NCBI GenBank assembly: GCA_963816185.1
Contig: CAWFJJ010000025.1
Location: forward strand, 448,001 to 512,000
DNA: 64,000 nucleotides
Source of the DNA: Thermoanaerobaculia bacterium
Lineage (GTDB): Bacteria > Acidobacteriota > Thermoanaerobaculia > UBA5066
Reading direction: 5' to 3'
The notes beneath the pieces are model-generated. The model saw only the letters and a program-made list of their open reading frames with translations, was not told where the DNA came from and did no database searches. Within the stretch, counting starts at the first letter, position 1; each line of letters opens with the position of its first letter. The position numbers and the translations under genes were made by a program. Positions 8,704 through 18,825 of this stretch are shown piece after piece.

Positions 8704-9712
8704 CTAGGCCGCCCTCGCGACGATCGGCTCGATCTCGCGGACTTTCAAGAGCCGCTTGTCGCAGGGAAGGGCGGCGCGCCACACGAGAACGAGGCGTGAC
8801 TCGTCGGGACGGAGGATTACCGTGTCGAGATTCGCGGATTTTCTCTCTTCGCCGGAGTCGAGACGAAAAACGACATCCACGCGGCGGGCCGGGAGATTGA
8901 ATCTCAAGGCGCCCGAGGGAGTGCACCGACAACCTCCACAGGCTCTCCACCTTTCAGGTATCCGGGTACTTGTTGGTCTTCGGGCGCGATCTGCAGGAAG
9001 CGCGAATCGAAATCCTTCGGAAGGTACGGCGCGCGATCTTGCAGCCACGCCGCGTCGTACGTCCCGGCATACTTCGGGCGTGGCTTCCAGTGCGGTGCAA
9101 CCGCTCCGAAGCAGACGGGCGCCGGCCGATCTCCGGCGAGGAGATGAGCCGTGCCGGATCCTCGAGGTTCGGCAGGGCGATTCCCTCGAGCTTTCGCCCG
9201 CTCATACGTGAACGAAAGCCGGCCCCGACCGGGTTTCGATCCTCTCCGTCGGAGCGATGCGGGTCGCCGGGCAGGGTTTCGGCGCCCCGAAGGCCCGCTC
9301 CCAGACGAGCGCCATCCTATCGAAGGGCTCGGGCGCGGAGATGCGGGTCAGCACCGTTCCGCCCCACCGGCGGGCTCCGAAGACGGCCACGCGTTCTCGA
9401 TCGGACCGATCCTCAGGGAAACCTCGGCGTGCGTCGTCGGGCGGCCGCCCGGGCCGTAGGCGTGACCGAAAAGAAGAACGTCGGTCCCCGGCTTGACGAG
9501 CCCGACGTCGGCAGGCTCGGTAACGCTCGTCTTCAGCGGGTCGCCGTGGAAGCGGTCGGCGACGAGGATCGGCGTTGCTTTTCGGCTTCCTCGACGCGCG
9601 GGCCGAGGGTGAACGTGCCCTTGACGATCGCGAAGAGGGTCTCGATACCTTCAGGATCGGGCGCCGAAAAGAGTGTCGCGGTGAAATGTGTGCGATTCTT
9701 GAGCTGAAGCAT
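8704..9712 (-). CDS. DUF2169-family T6SS adaptor (multiple frameshifts)
   Basis: Manual reading from ATG 9712: MLQLKNRTHF..AIVKGTF..KPGTDVLLFGHAY..VAVFGARRW..PEPFDRMALVWERAFG; C-term LDTVILRPDESRLVLVWRA. Confidence 0.85.
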
Positions 9713-9728
9713 TGCGTCGTCGTCCCGC

Positions 9729-11892
9729 TCAGTTCTGCGAGATTTTGCTTCCCTTCATGGCGATGTCCGAGCTCGCCTTGATGTTGATCTTGCCGCTGCC
9801 GGAGATCGTGATGTCCTTTCCCTTGATCGTGATCGTTCCGTCTTTCTTGAGCACGATGCTCGCGTCGCCCGTTTGAAGCTGGATCTGATCCGCCGCAGAC
9901 AAGGAGAACTTCTTGCCCACCTGAATGTTGTCGTCCTTGGCGATCTGGACAGCGGAGCTCCCGCCGACCTCAAGCGCATCGTCCCTACCGATGTTCATCG
10001 TACGGTTGCCGTTGACCGTCAGGGTTTCGTTCTTGGCGACCGTTTCTGTTCGGTCCGCGCCGATCGAGATCGTCTCGTTCTTTTCCACAGTCTCTGTTCG
10101 GTTCCCGCCGATCGTGATCGTCTCGTTCTTGTCGACGGTCTCCGTCCGGTTGGCGTGGATCGTGATCGTTTCGTTGTTGTCGACCGTCTCGGTCCGGTTC
10201 GTGCTCGACCGAAATGGTCTCGTCGTGGTCGATCGTCTTCGTGCGGTCGTGCCCGACCGAGTGCGTCTCGTCGTTCTCGACCTCGATGTCCTGGTCCTTC
10301 TCGGCGTGGATGAGGAGCTGCTCGCGACCCTTCTTGTCCTCGAAGCGGATCTCGTTGAAGTTCGCCGGGCCGCCGCCGAGGCTGCTGCGGCTCTTGATGC
10401 CGCTCTGCGTCTTGTTCGCGGGCAGGTCGTACGGCGGCATCTGCTCGGCGTTGTAGACGCTGCCGATGATGATCGGCTGATCGGGGTCGCCCTTCGAGGA
10501 AGTCGACGATGACCTCCTGGCCGATGCGCGGGATGTGGATGGCGCCCCACTGCTTGCCGGCCCACGGCGTCGCGACGCGCACCCAGCAGGAGCTGTCGGC
10601 GTCCTTCTTGCCCTCGCGGTCCCAGTGGAACTGCACCTTCACGCGGCCGTACTTGTCGGTGAAGATCTCCTCGCCCGGCTGGCCCGACCACGACGGCGGT
10701 CTGCGGCCCCTCGACCGTCGGCGCGGCGTGACGCGCGGCGGCCGGTACGGCAGGCCGGCCGGGATGCACGTGAAGTGGTTCTGGTAGGAGAAGCCGTCCG
10801 TCGCCGGACCGCAGGTCGGCGGCCTCGGCGCCGGTGTGCTCGACCTCGTAGACGACGCAGGGCCGTCTCCGTCGAAATGGCGCTCGAGCGTGAACTTGTG
10901 GCCCGAGACGATGTGGCGGCAGTTGCTCGCGCCTGCACGAGAACGCTGGCGGCCGCCTCTGCCTGCATCCGGAGGTCCACGGTGCGCTTGTTGTCCTGGA
11001 AGATCTTCTGGAGCTCCGGCGGGCTGCTCGCCGCCGCCCTTGTCGATGCCGTCGAAGCGCTGGGCGTAGCCGCCGGGGAAGTCGTAGAGCTCGAGCTGTC
11101 GTTGCCCGCGAGCTTCAGCTTGTGGCTCGCCTTCCCGCCCGCGACGGAATCCTGGATGGGCACTCGGCGTCTCGAGGTGCTCTTGTGGGGCAGCTCGAAG
11201 CAGTGGTCCCAGAGCGTGACCTTGCCGGAACGCATCTCCTGCGCCTTCTCCCAGGCTAGATCCGGTCCTCTTCGCGGGTCCCCCCCCGACGGCCTCGAAG
11301 ATCAGCTTGCTCGCGCCCGGCAGAGTCCGAATGACTGCCCGGCGTGTTCGCGACGACCATCGTGTGGCTGCCGTCGGAGTGCTTGAAGAAGTAGTAGATC
11401 CCCTCCTCTTCCATCAGCCGGCTGGCGAAGTCGAAGTCGGTTTCGCGGTACTGGACGCAGTAGTCCCGCGGCTCGAACGGTCCCTGGATCTCCCAGGTGA
11501 CGTCGAGACCCGTCAGGACCTTCTTCAGGATGTCGGGCACGGTGATGTGCTGGAAGATGCGGCTCTGCGTCTTGCGGGTCAGGAGCGAAGGCTCGGGACG
11601 AGGTCGAGCAGGTACCGGGTGAACGTCGCGTCGCGTTCGCCCTGCGCGACGCTTCGAGACGACCCGTTGATATGCTTCTTGGCGACTTCGGGGAGGGACC
11701 TCGACGGTGATCGGCTGGCCCAGCAGAGAGTCGAAGAGGATTTCTTCGCGTCTCATTCTCGGCGACGCACTCGAGCTGAAAAAGGAAGGGTCGGGAGATC
11801 GCTTCGTGTCCCGAAAACCCGCTTAGGAGCAAGACGTCGCCACCCAACGGCGTCGTGACCTGGAGTCGGCGGCCGGCTTGCGTGTAGGGCAC
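9729..11892 (-). CDS. vgrG: VgrG (TssI) spike protein 1, long gp5 beta-helix, no toxin extension; several frameshifts
   Basis: Fragments: [92 protein letters not shown]; ends KGSKISQN. Confidence 0.92.
9995..10250 (-). repeat. Tandem ~48-bp (16-aa) coding repeats of the VgrG gp5 beta-helix
   Basis: RTETVDNNETITIHAN / RTETVDKNETITIGGN / RTETVEKNETISIGAD / RTETVAKNETLTVNGN; boundaries approximate. Confidence 0.85.
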
Positions 11893-11976
11893 TCAGCACC
11901 TCCCGAAACGGGAGTCACGAACCTCTTTCTCTTCCGGAGGAGGCGGAAAAATAGACCCCGCGAGGCTCCGTGACAT

Positions 11977-12525
11977 TCAGCCGCCAACGATGACCGTCAG
12001 GCAGCCCGTGACGATCTTGTTGGGCGGGCCGATCGCCTCGACGATCGTGTCCCCCATGCGGCACGCGGGTGCGTTCTCGATCGAGACCGTCGACGAGCCG
12101 TCGACGACGACGCCCGGCCCGTGCGGAGGGATGGGCCACGGCATGGCGCAGGCGTGGACACTCGCGCCTCCGGCGGCCGCCATCGCGGTGATGGAGGCGC
12201 CCATCGAAGCCGCCGTGGACGACTTGGCAAGTTCGGCGGCGACCCGGGCGGTTGTCGCAGCGGCGATCGCGACCGGGGCGCCGGGCGTGCCGGCGGCAGC
12301 GACGGCGGCAGCCTCCGCGACCAGGGCTACGGTTTCCAGGGTCTGGAGCGTCGCCTGGGCCGAAGCCTGCGCCGGCATCAGCCCGGCACCTGCCGCGAGA
12401 GGTACTCCCTTCCACGCCGGCAGGTTTCCGATGAGGACCGTCAGGGCAGTGGGGGCCCCCGTGAGGACCGGCGGTGTCGGGTGCACGACGGGATCGGTGA
12501 GGCGGGCTGCGGGACCTTGTGGCAT
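11977..12525 (-). CDS. PAAR-domain protein with internal Ala-rich helical insertion
   Basis: PAARLTD, PAWKG and PACRMGD motifs; His/Cys residues for Zn; VTGCLTVIVGG C-terminus; about 75-aa Ala-rich insert. Confidence 0.88.
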   Translation of the reverse strand: MPQGPAARLTDPVVHPTPPVLTGAPTALTVLIGNLPAWKGVPLAAGAGLMPAQASAQATLQTLETVALVAEAAAVAAAGTPGAPVAIAAATTARVAAELAKSSTAASMGASITAMAAAGGASVHACAMPWPIPPHGPGVVVDGSSTVSIENAPACRMGDTIVEAIGPPNKIVTGCLTVIVGG

Positions 12526-12549
12526 GTGTGACCTCTGCTTCCGATACGA

Positions 12550-13271
12550 CTAGATGCGGCTGAACACGCCCTTGCGCCGAAGCAGCCTCACGTCTCCGAC
12601 ATTCAACTCACAATCGAGATTCTCGGCATGGCCCACCGTGTATTTGCTGCGAACGAAGAAGAGATCCGGCCACGAGCTCGCTTCGGCTTCGAACCCTTCC
12701 GCCGTGCTCCTGAGGAACTGGACACGCAACAGCACGGTCGCGACGAGAATCTCGTCACAGGCCTTGGGCTCGGAAGGCGGGTAGTAGGGGCTCTCTTCCT
12801 GCAGGGGCAATGAGAGCTCAACGGAGCGGGCGAGGGTGCCTCCCGGGGCGACCTTCGTTCCCAGGGGGATGATGCGTGCCTTGATGTCGCGATCGGCCGG
12901 CAAGGGGGCGATCCCCTTCAGAACCAGCGCCGCGGCGGGCTCGCGGTAGCAGATGAAGAAGCTCGAAGGGTCGGTGACCGCGCTCCGTCCTTGAGCGGCC
13001 GCCAGAGGGGACGCATCGAGGACATAGAGGTCGCGCCGGCGTTGCTGGATACGGAGTAGTGGAGCCCCAGGCGGCCGGGAAGGAGCTCTGAACGGCAGGT
13101 GAAGGTCACGTCTTTAGGAGCTGCGTTCATGAGTCCGTCTCCTTTGCCCATCGAAAAGCTCTGTCGTCGCGCCACAAGGGTGGCGGCTCGTACGACGGCC
13201 CCGCTCGCGACGAGGCCCATGAGAAGAACCGCGCGCCTCGGACATTGTCCGCTTCCATGGCTAGAGCTCAT
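12550..13271 (-). CDS. Putative immunity protein for the VgrG2 peptidase; frameshift near 13032
   Basis: ORF 12918..13271 joins the frame of 12550..12903 (..HYSVSSNAG / DLYVLDASP..LVLKGIAPLPADRDIK..). Start overlaps the vgrG2 stop; N-term PRRAVLLMGLVASGAVVRAA resembles a Tat signal. Confidence 0.6.
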
Positions 13272-15902
13272 GGTGCCCGTTCGTCAGCTTGCCAACCTTG
13301 GGTGTTCTTTCACCGCGGTAGTCCTGCTCGTCCGAGATGGTGTTGAACTCCTCCTGGTTGTCGAAGTTGTCGGCTCGAGGTGTTCCGTCCCGGGTGCCAT
13401 GCGTGTGATGGTCGGCATGAGTCAGCTCATGGAAGAGCGTGACGTCGCTCGGCGTCTCGGTCGGGCTGAGCGCCTTGGGCGGAGGCCACACGGACGGGTC
13501 GTAATCGACCGTCGTATCGGTCCCCTTCCCGGTACCGCCGGTAGCCACGGAGTTCGAATCCGGGCCGTTTGTGGGTGTCGTGCCGGCGTTGAAGTCCTTG
13601 GTAGGCCTTTTCTTTATGTCCACGTTGTGGCCCGAACCGTCCAGGCGCGCGAGAAGATCCTGCCCCTTCTTCGTCGTTCCGATGAGGGCGATGTCGGCGA
13701 GAGCGGCCTGTGCAAAGGCGGGATCCGCGCCTTCCACCGTTATGGCCTTTCCCACCTTGAAGTTACCGGTAGCCGGGACGAATGTAACCGCGGGCCCATG
13801 CTGGGAGTGGAGGACGCGCTTGCGTCTTCCGCCTCCGCCGGCCGGCCGTGGACGATCGAGGAAGCCAGGCTCTCCCGTGTCGGAGGTCTCGGCGCCCGCG
13901 GGATCCTCGATCGAGGGATCTCCGGTCGAGTCGCCAGAGCCTCCGGAGTTGATCTTCACGATCGGTCCGTTGATGGTCACACCGGTCAGATCGATGACGA
14001 CGAAGCTGCTTCCGACCTTCAGGCTGATTTTGGAAAGGGCCTCAATGGCGATCTGGCGCGCGTTCAATTCGTACTTGCCGGTCACAAGCGTCGCTTCGGT
14101 GCTCTCGAAGTCGTTGACGACCTCACCCTTGACGGTGAAATTGAGAGGTTTTTCGATTCCTTCGTACAGGCCGCCGCCGATATGGAGATTGTGGTCCCCG
14201 CCCACCGAGATGTTCAGGCTGCCTCCCTTTTCCGTGCCACCCGCGAGCCCGATGACCTCGTGGCGATTGGCGTGAACGGTTTCAAAGAGAGACCCACGCA
14301 CCCGCACGTCCATTCGTTTCTGCGATGGATGAAGACCTCCTCGTTGCCTTTCTTGTCCTCGAGCCGAACTCGTTGAACTCCTTCGGGTCACCTTTCAGCG
14401 TGCTGCGGCTCTTGATGCCGCTCTGCGTCTTGTCGGGGAGCTCGTACGGCGGCATGTTGTCGGAGTTGTAGACGCTTCCGACGATCAGCGGCCGGTCCGG
14501 ATCGCCCTTCGAGAAGTCACCACGACCTCGTTTCCGATACGGGGCCAGAAGAAGCTCCCCAGCGCTTACCCGCCCACGGCTGGGCCACGCGAACCCAGCA
14601 CGAGCTGTCGGAGTCCTTCTTCCCTTCGCGGTCCCAGTGAAACTGAACCTTCACCCGGCCATACTTGTCCAGAAGATCTCCTCGCCCGGCGGGCCCACGA
14701 CGACTGCGGTCTGTGTCCCCACCATCGTCGGCCTCGGCGTGACGCGCGGCGGCCGGAAGGGAAGGGCCGCCGGGAAGCAGGAAAACTTGCTCTCGTAGGT
14801 GAAGCCGCCGTCGTCGGATCGGACGTCGGCCGCCTCGGAAGCGGCGTGCTCGACCTTGTAGAGGACCCATGGGCCGTCGCCCTCGAAATGGCGCTCCAGG
14901 GTGAACTTGTGCCCCGAGACGAGGTGCCGGACATTGCCGGCTCCCTGAACGAGGACGCTCGCGGCCGCCTGCTCCTGGATCCTGATCTCGGCGGTCCTGA
15001 CGTTGTCAGTGAAGATCTTGCTGAGCTCGGCGGCCTGCTCGCCGCCGCCCTTGTTGATTCCGTCGAATCGCTGGGCGTAAGCCCCGGGATAGTCGTAGAG
15101 CTCGAGCTTGTCGTTGTTCGCAAGCTTGAGCTTGTGGCTGGACTTTCCGGCGGCGACGGAGCCCAGGATGAGCGACTCGGCTTCGAGGTGCTTGTGGGGG
15201 AGCTCGAAGCAGTGGTCCCAGAGCGTGACCTTGCCCGAGCAGAGCTCCTGCGCCTTTTCCCAGGCATTGACGCGGTCCTCTTCGCGGGTCCCCCCCCCGA
15301 CGGCCTCGAAGATCAGGTTGTTCTTGCCGGGCAGGTCCGGGTGGCTGGCTGGCGAGTTCGCGACGACCATCTGGTGGGCGCCGTCGCTGTGCTTGAAGAA
15401 GTAGAAGATCCCCTCCTCCTCCATGAGGCGGCTGGCGAAGGCGAAGTCCGATTCGCGGTACTGAACGCAGAAATCGCGGGGCTGGAAGACCCCTTGAAGC
15501 TCGTAGCTTCACGTCGAGCTCGGCCAGCACCTTCTTGAGGATGTCGGGAACGGAAACGTGCTGGAAGATCCGACTCTGCGTCTTCTTCGAGAGGAGCCAG
15601 AGCCGGGGCACGGTCTCCAGCACGTGCCTCGTGAACACGGCGTCACGCGCGCCCTGAGAGACGCGGCGGCAGATGCCGTTGAGGTACTTCTTGGAGTTCC
15701 CGGGGAGAGTGATCTCGACCGTGATGCTCTGCCCCAGGAGCGCGTCGAAGGGAATCTTCTTCGTGTTCTCGGCGACGCACTTGAGCTGGAAGGAGAAGAG
15801 GCTCGAGATCGACTCGTGTCCCGTGAACCCGTTCAGGAGCAGGTCGTCCTTCCCGAGCGGCGTCTTGACCACGAGCCTGCGACCATCCTGCGTATAGGCC
15901 AT
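13261..15902 (-). CDS. vgrG: Evolved VgrG 2 with C-terminal zinc metallopeptidase (M91/NleD-like); several frameshifts
   Basis: VgrG motifs (MAYTQDGR.., [45 protein letters not shown]), then ..[37 protein letters not shown]. Confidence 0.88.
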
Positions 15903-16054
15903 TCAGCACCCCCCGAAGGCCGAACGTCGACAAAGCTAGGTTGGCGGCGCCCCCCGCGCTGTAACGCGAGTCACGAACTGGTCGTCCTCCCGGACGAGGC
16001 GGAAGAATACTCCTCCGGAGCTCCGCGACCGAGACTCAGTTCGGTGAGGGATGT

Positions 16055-18781
16055 TCAGTCGAACTCGTAGCGGAAGCTCCCGCCGTCGCCGACGGTTACG
16101 CGCACGCGCGACATCGTCCGGCCCTCGGCCATCCGGGACAGGAACTCGCCCGACATCTCCGGGAGGACGGTCCGCGTCAGGATGTGGTCCACGTTGCGCG
16201 CTCCGCTTTCGACCTCCTTGCAGCGCCCCAGGATCTCGTTGATGACGGAGTCGTCGTAGCCGAAGTCCGCGCCGTGGTTCTCCTTGAGCCGGCTGCCGAT
16301 CCGCCCGAGCTGGAGCTTGATGATCTGCCGCATGACCTTGTCCGAGATCGGGTAGAACGGGACGATGACCATCCGCCCGAGTAGGGCGGGCTTGAAGATC
16401 TTGTTCAGCTCCGGCTTGATCGCCTCCACGAGCTTCTCGGGCTCGGGCGCGGTCTCGGGGTCGGCGCAGAGCTTCATCATGGTGTCGGTTGCGGCGTTCG
16501 ACGTCAGGAGAATGACGGTGTTCTTGAAGTCGATCTCGCGCCCCTCGCCGTCCTCGAGCATCCCCTTGTCGAAGACCTGGTAGAAGAGCTCCATGACGTC
16601 GGGGTGCGCCTTCTCGACCTCGTCGAGGAGGACGACGGAATAGGGCCGCCGCCTCACGGCCTCGGTCAGGACGCCGCCCTCGCCGTAGCCGACGTAACCC
16701 GGCGGCGAGCCCTTGAGCGACGAGACGGTGTGCGCCTCCTGGTACTCGCTCATGTTGATCGTGATGAGGTTGTGCTCTCCGCCGTACAGCGCCTCCGCGA
16801 GCGTCAGGGCGGTCTCGGTCTTGCCGACGCCGCTCGGCCCGACGAGGAGGAAGACGCCGATGGGCCGGCGCGGATCCGTCAGGTTGGCACGGGCGGTGCG
16901 GATCCGGCTCGCAATCGCCTCGAGGCCGTGCGACTGGCCGATGACGCGCTGCTCGAGCCGGTCCTTGAGCGCGAGGACCGTGTGGATCTCGTCCGTAAGC
17001 ATCTTCCCGACCGGGATCCCGGTCCACCCCGAGATGACCTCGGCGATGGTCTGCGAGTTGACGCAGGCCTGCATGAGGGGCGTTTCGCCCTGCACCTTCC
17101 CGAGCTCCCTGTTGAGGGTGTCGAGCTCGGCCCGGAGCGCCGCCGGGTCCGGCGGCGGGGCTGCGGGGGTCGTGGGAGCCGCCGCGGCCGCTGCGGCCTT
17201 TGCGTCGGGTCCCGCGGACTTCGCGTCGGCCGCCTTCTTTTTCGGGGAGGCCAGCTCCTCCAGCTTCGACCTCACCTCGCGGATCTTTCCGATCAGCTCG
17301 CGCTCCTTGTCCCACTGGCCCTTCAGGCGGCCAAGGCTCTCCTCCGCGGCCGCCTTTTTCGCCATCAGCTCGGCGAGACGCTCCTTGTGGTCGGCGCCGG
17401 TCGCCTCCTCGCGCGCGAGGGCGTCGATCTCTGCGGCGCTGTGGTCGATCGTCCGCTGGGCGTCCTCGACCGCGGGGGGCGTCGCCGCCTGGCCGATCGC
17501 CACGCGGGCGCAGGCCGTGTCCAGAACGGAGACGGACTTGTCCGGAAGCTGGCGGCCCGAGATGTAGCGGTGCGACAGCCGGACGGAGTCCTCCACGGCC
17601 TCTTCGAGGATCCGGACCTTGTGATGGTTCTCGAGAGGCTCCGTGAGGCCCCGCATCATGATGATGCCGACCGCCTCGGTCGGCTCCTCGACCTTGACGA
17701 CCTGGAAGCGCCGGGCGAGAGCGGCGTCCTTCTCGAAATACTTCTTGTATTCGGCCCAGGTCGTCGCCGCGATCGTCCGCAGCTCGCCGCGCGCGAGCGC
17801 GGGCTTGAGAAGGTTCGCGGCGTCGTTCTGTCCGGCCTGGCCGCCGGCGCCGATCATGGTGTGCGCCTCGTCGATGAAGACGATGATGGGCTGCGCCGAC
17901 CCTTTGACTTCTTCGATCACGGACTTGAGGCGGTTTTCGAACTCCCCCTTGATTCCCGCCCCCGCCTGCAGGAGTCCGAGGTCGAGGGTTCTCACGGCGA
18001 CGTTCTTCAGCGGGCCGGGAACGTCTCCCTGGGCGATGCGCAGCGCGAACCCCTCGACGACGGCCGTCTTCCCGACTCCGGCCTCCCCGGTGAGGATGGG
18101 GTTGTTCTGGCGGCGCCGCGTCAGGATGTCGATGACCTGCCGGATCTCGAAGTCGCGGCCGAGGATCGGATCGATGTGGCCGGCCCGCGCGCGAGCCGTC
18201 AGATCGACGGTGTACTGATCCAGCGCCTTCGTCCGTCCGGGGACGCCCGTCGCGCCGCCCGCCGCGTCGCCGGCCGGCCCTTCGACGAGCGAAGAGGCGT
18301 CGCGATCCTCGGCCGAGCCTGAGACGATCTTCTCGAACTCCTTTCGGAGCGTCTCGACGGAGATCGCCGCGAACTCCTTGGAGATCTCGCGCGCGAGACG
18401 GGCGAACTCCTCCTTCTCGAGGAGAGCGAGGAGGATGTGCGAGGACCGGACCCGGGAGGCGCCGAAATCGATCGAGCCGACGAGCCAGGCTTCCTCGACG
18501 AGCTTCGGGAGGCGGGGGGAGAGAGCCGGAGTGCGGGTGTTCCCGGTCTTGAGCCGGTCGAGCGATCGCACGAGGTCCTTCGCGAGCCGGGACTCGTCGA
18601 TCTCGAACCGGCGCAGGATCCGGTGGAAGTCCGTGTCCGGCGTTTCACCCAGCTTGACCAGCAGGTGCTCGACGTCGACGTCGTAGTTCGTCCGCGACAG
18701 GCAGAGTCCGGCAGCTCCCTCGAGGGCGTTCCGGCAGGTGTCGTTCATTCGGCCGATGAGGGATTTCAGATTCGCGCTCAT
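16055..18781 (-). CDS. clpV: T6SS AAA+ ATPase ClpV (TssH)
   Basis: Walker A motifs GEAGVGKT and GPSGVGKT; RRRQNNPIL, KDAALARRFQ, ESGARNVD; ClpV-type N-domain. Confidence 0.97.
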   Translation of the reverse strand: MSANLKSLIGRMNDTCRNALEGAAGLCLSRTNYDVDVEHLLVKLGETPDTDFHRILRRFEIDESRLAKDLVRSLDRLKTGNTRTPALSPRLPKLVEEAWLVGSIDFGASRVRSSHILLALLEKEEFARLAREISKEFAAISVETLRKEFEKIVSGSAEDRDASSLVEGPAGDAAGGATGVPGRTKALDQYTVDLTARARAGHIDPILGRDFEIRQVIDILTRRRQNNPILTGEAGVGKTAVVEGFALRIAQGDVPGPLKNVAVRTLDLGLLQAGAGIKGEFENRLKSVIEEVKGSAQPIIVFIDEAHTMIGAGGQAGQNDAANLLKPALARGELRTIAATTWAEYKKYFEKDAALARRFQVVKVEEPTEAVGIIMMRGLTEPLENHHKVRILEEAVEDSVRLSHRYISGRQLPDKSVSVLDTACARVAIGQAATPPAVEDAQRTIDHSAAEIDALAREEATGADHKERLAELMAKKAAAEESLGRLKGQWDKERELIGKIREVRSKLEELASPKKKAADAKSAGPDAKAAAAAAAPTTPAAPPPDPAALRAELDTLNRELGKVQGETPLMQACVNSQTIAEVISGWTGIPVGKMLTDEIHTVLALKDRLEQRVIGQSHGLEAIASRIRTARANLTDPRRPIGVFLLVGPSGVGKTETALTLAEALYGGEHNLITINMSEYQEAHTVSSLKGSPPGYVGYGEGGVLTEAVRRRPYSVVLLDEVEKAHPDVMELFYQVFDKGMLEDGEGREIDFKNTVILLTSNAATDTMMKLCADPETAPEPEKLVEAIKPELNKIFKPALLGRMVIVPFYPISDKVMRQIIKLQLGRIGSRLKENHGADFGYDDSVINEILGRCKEVESGARNVDHILTRTVLPEMSGEFLSRMAEGRTMSRVRVTVGDGGSFRYEFD

Positions 18782-18825
18782 AGACGCTTCCTTCCTCTTC
18801 TCGCGCTTTTCGACGGGTTCTTATC

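Noticed and set aside
9995-10250. Regular DNA repeats as a possible CRISPR array
   Set aside because: Degenerate in-frame coding repeats of the VgrG beta-helix; no unique spacers and no cas genes.
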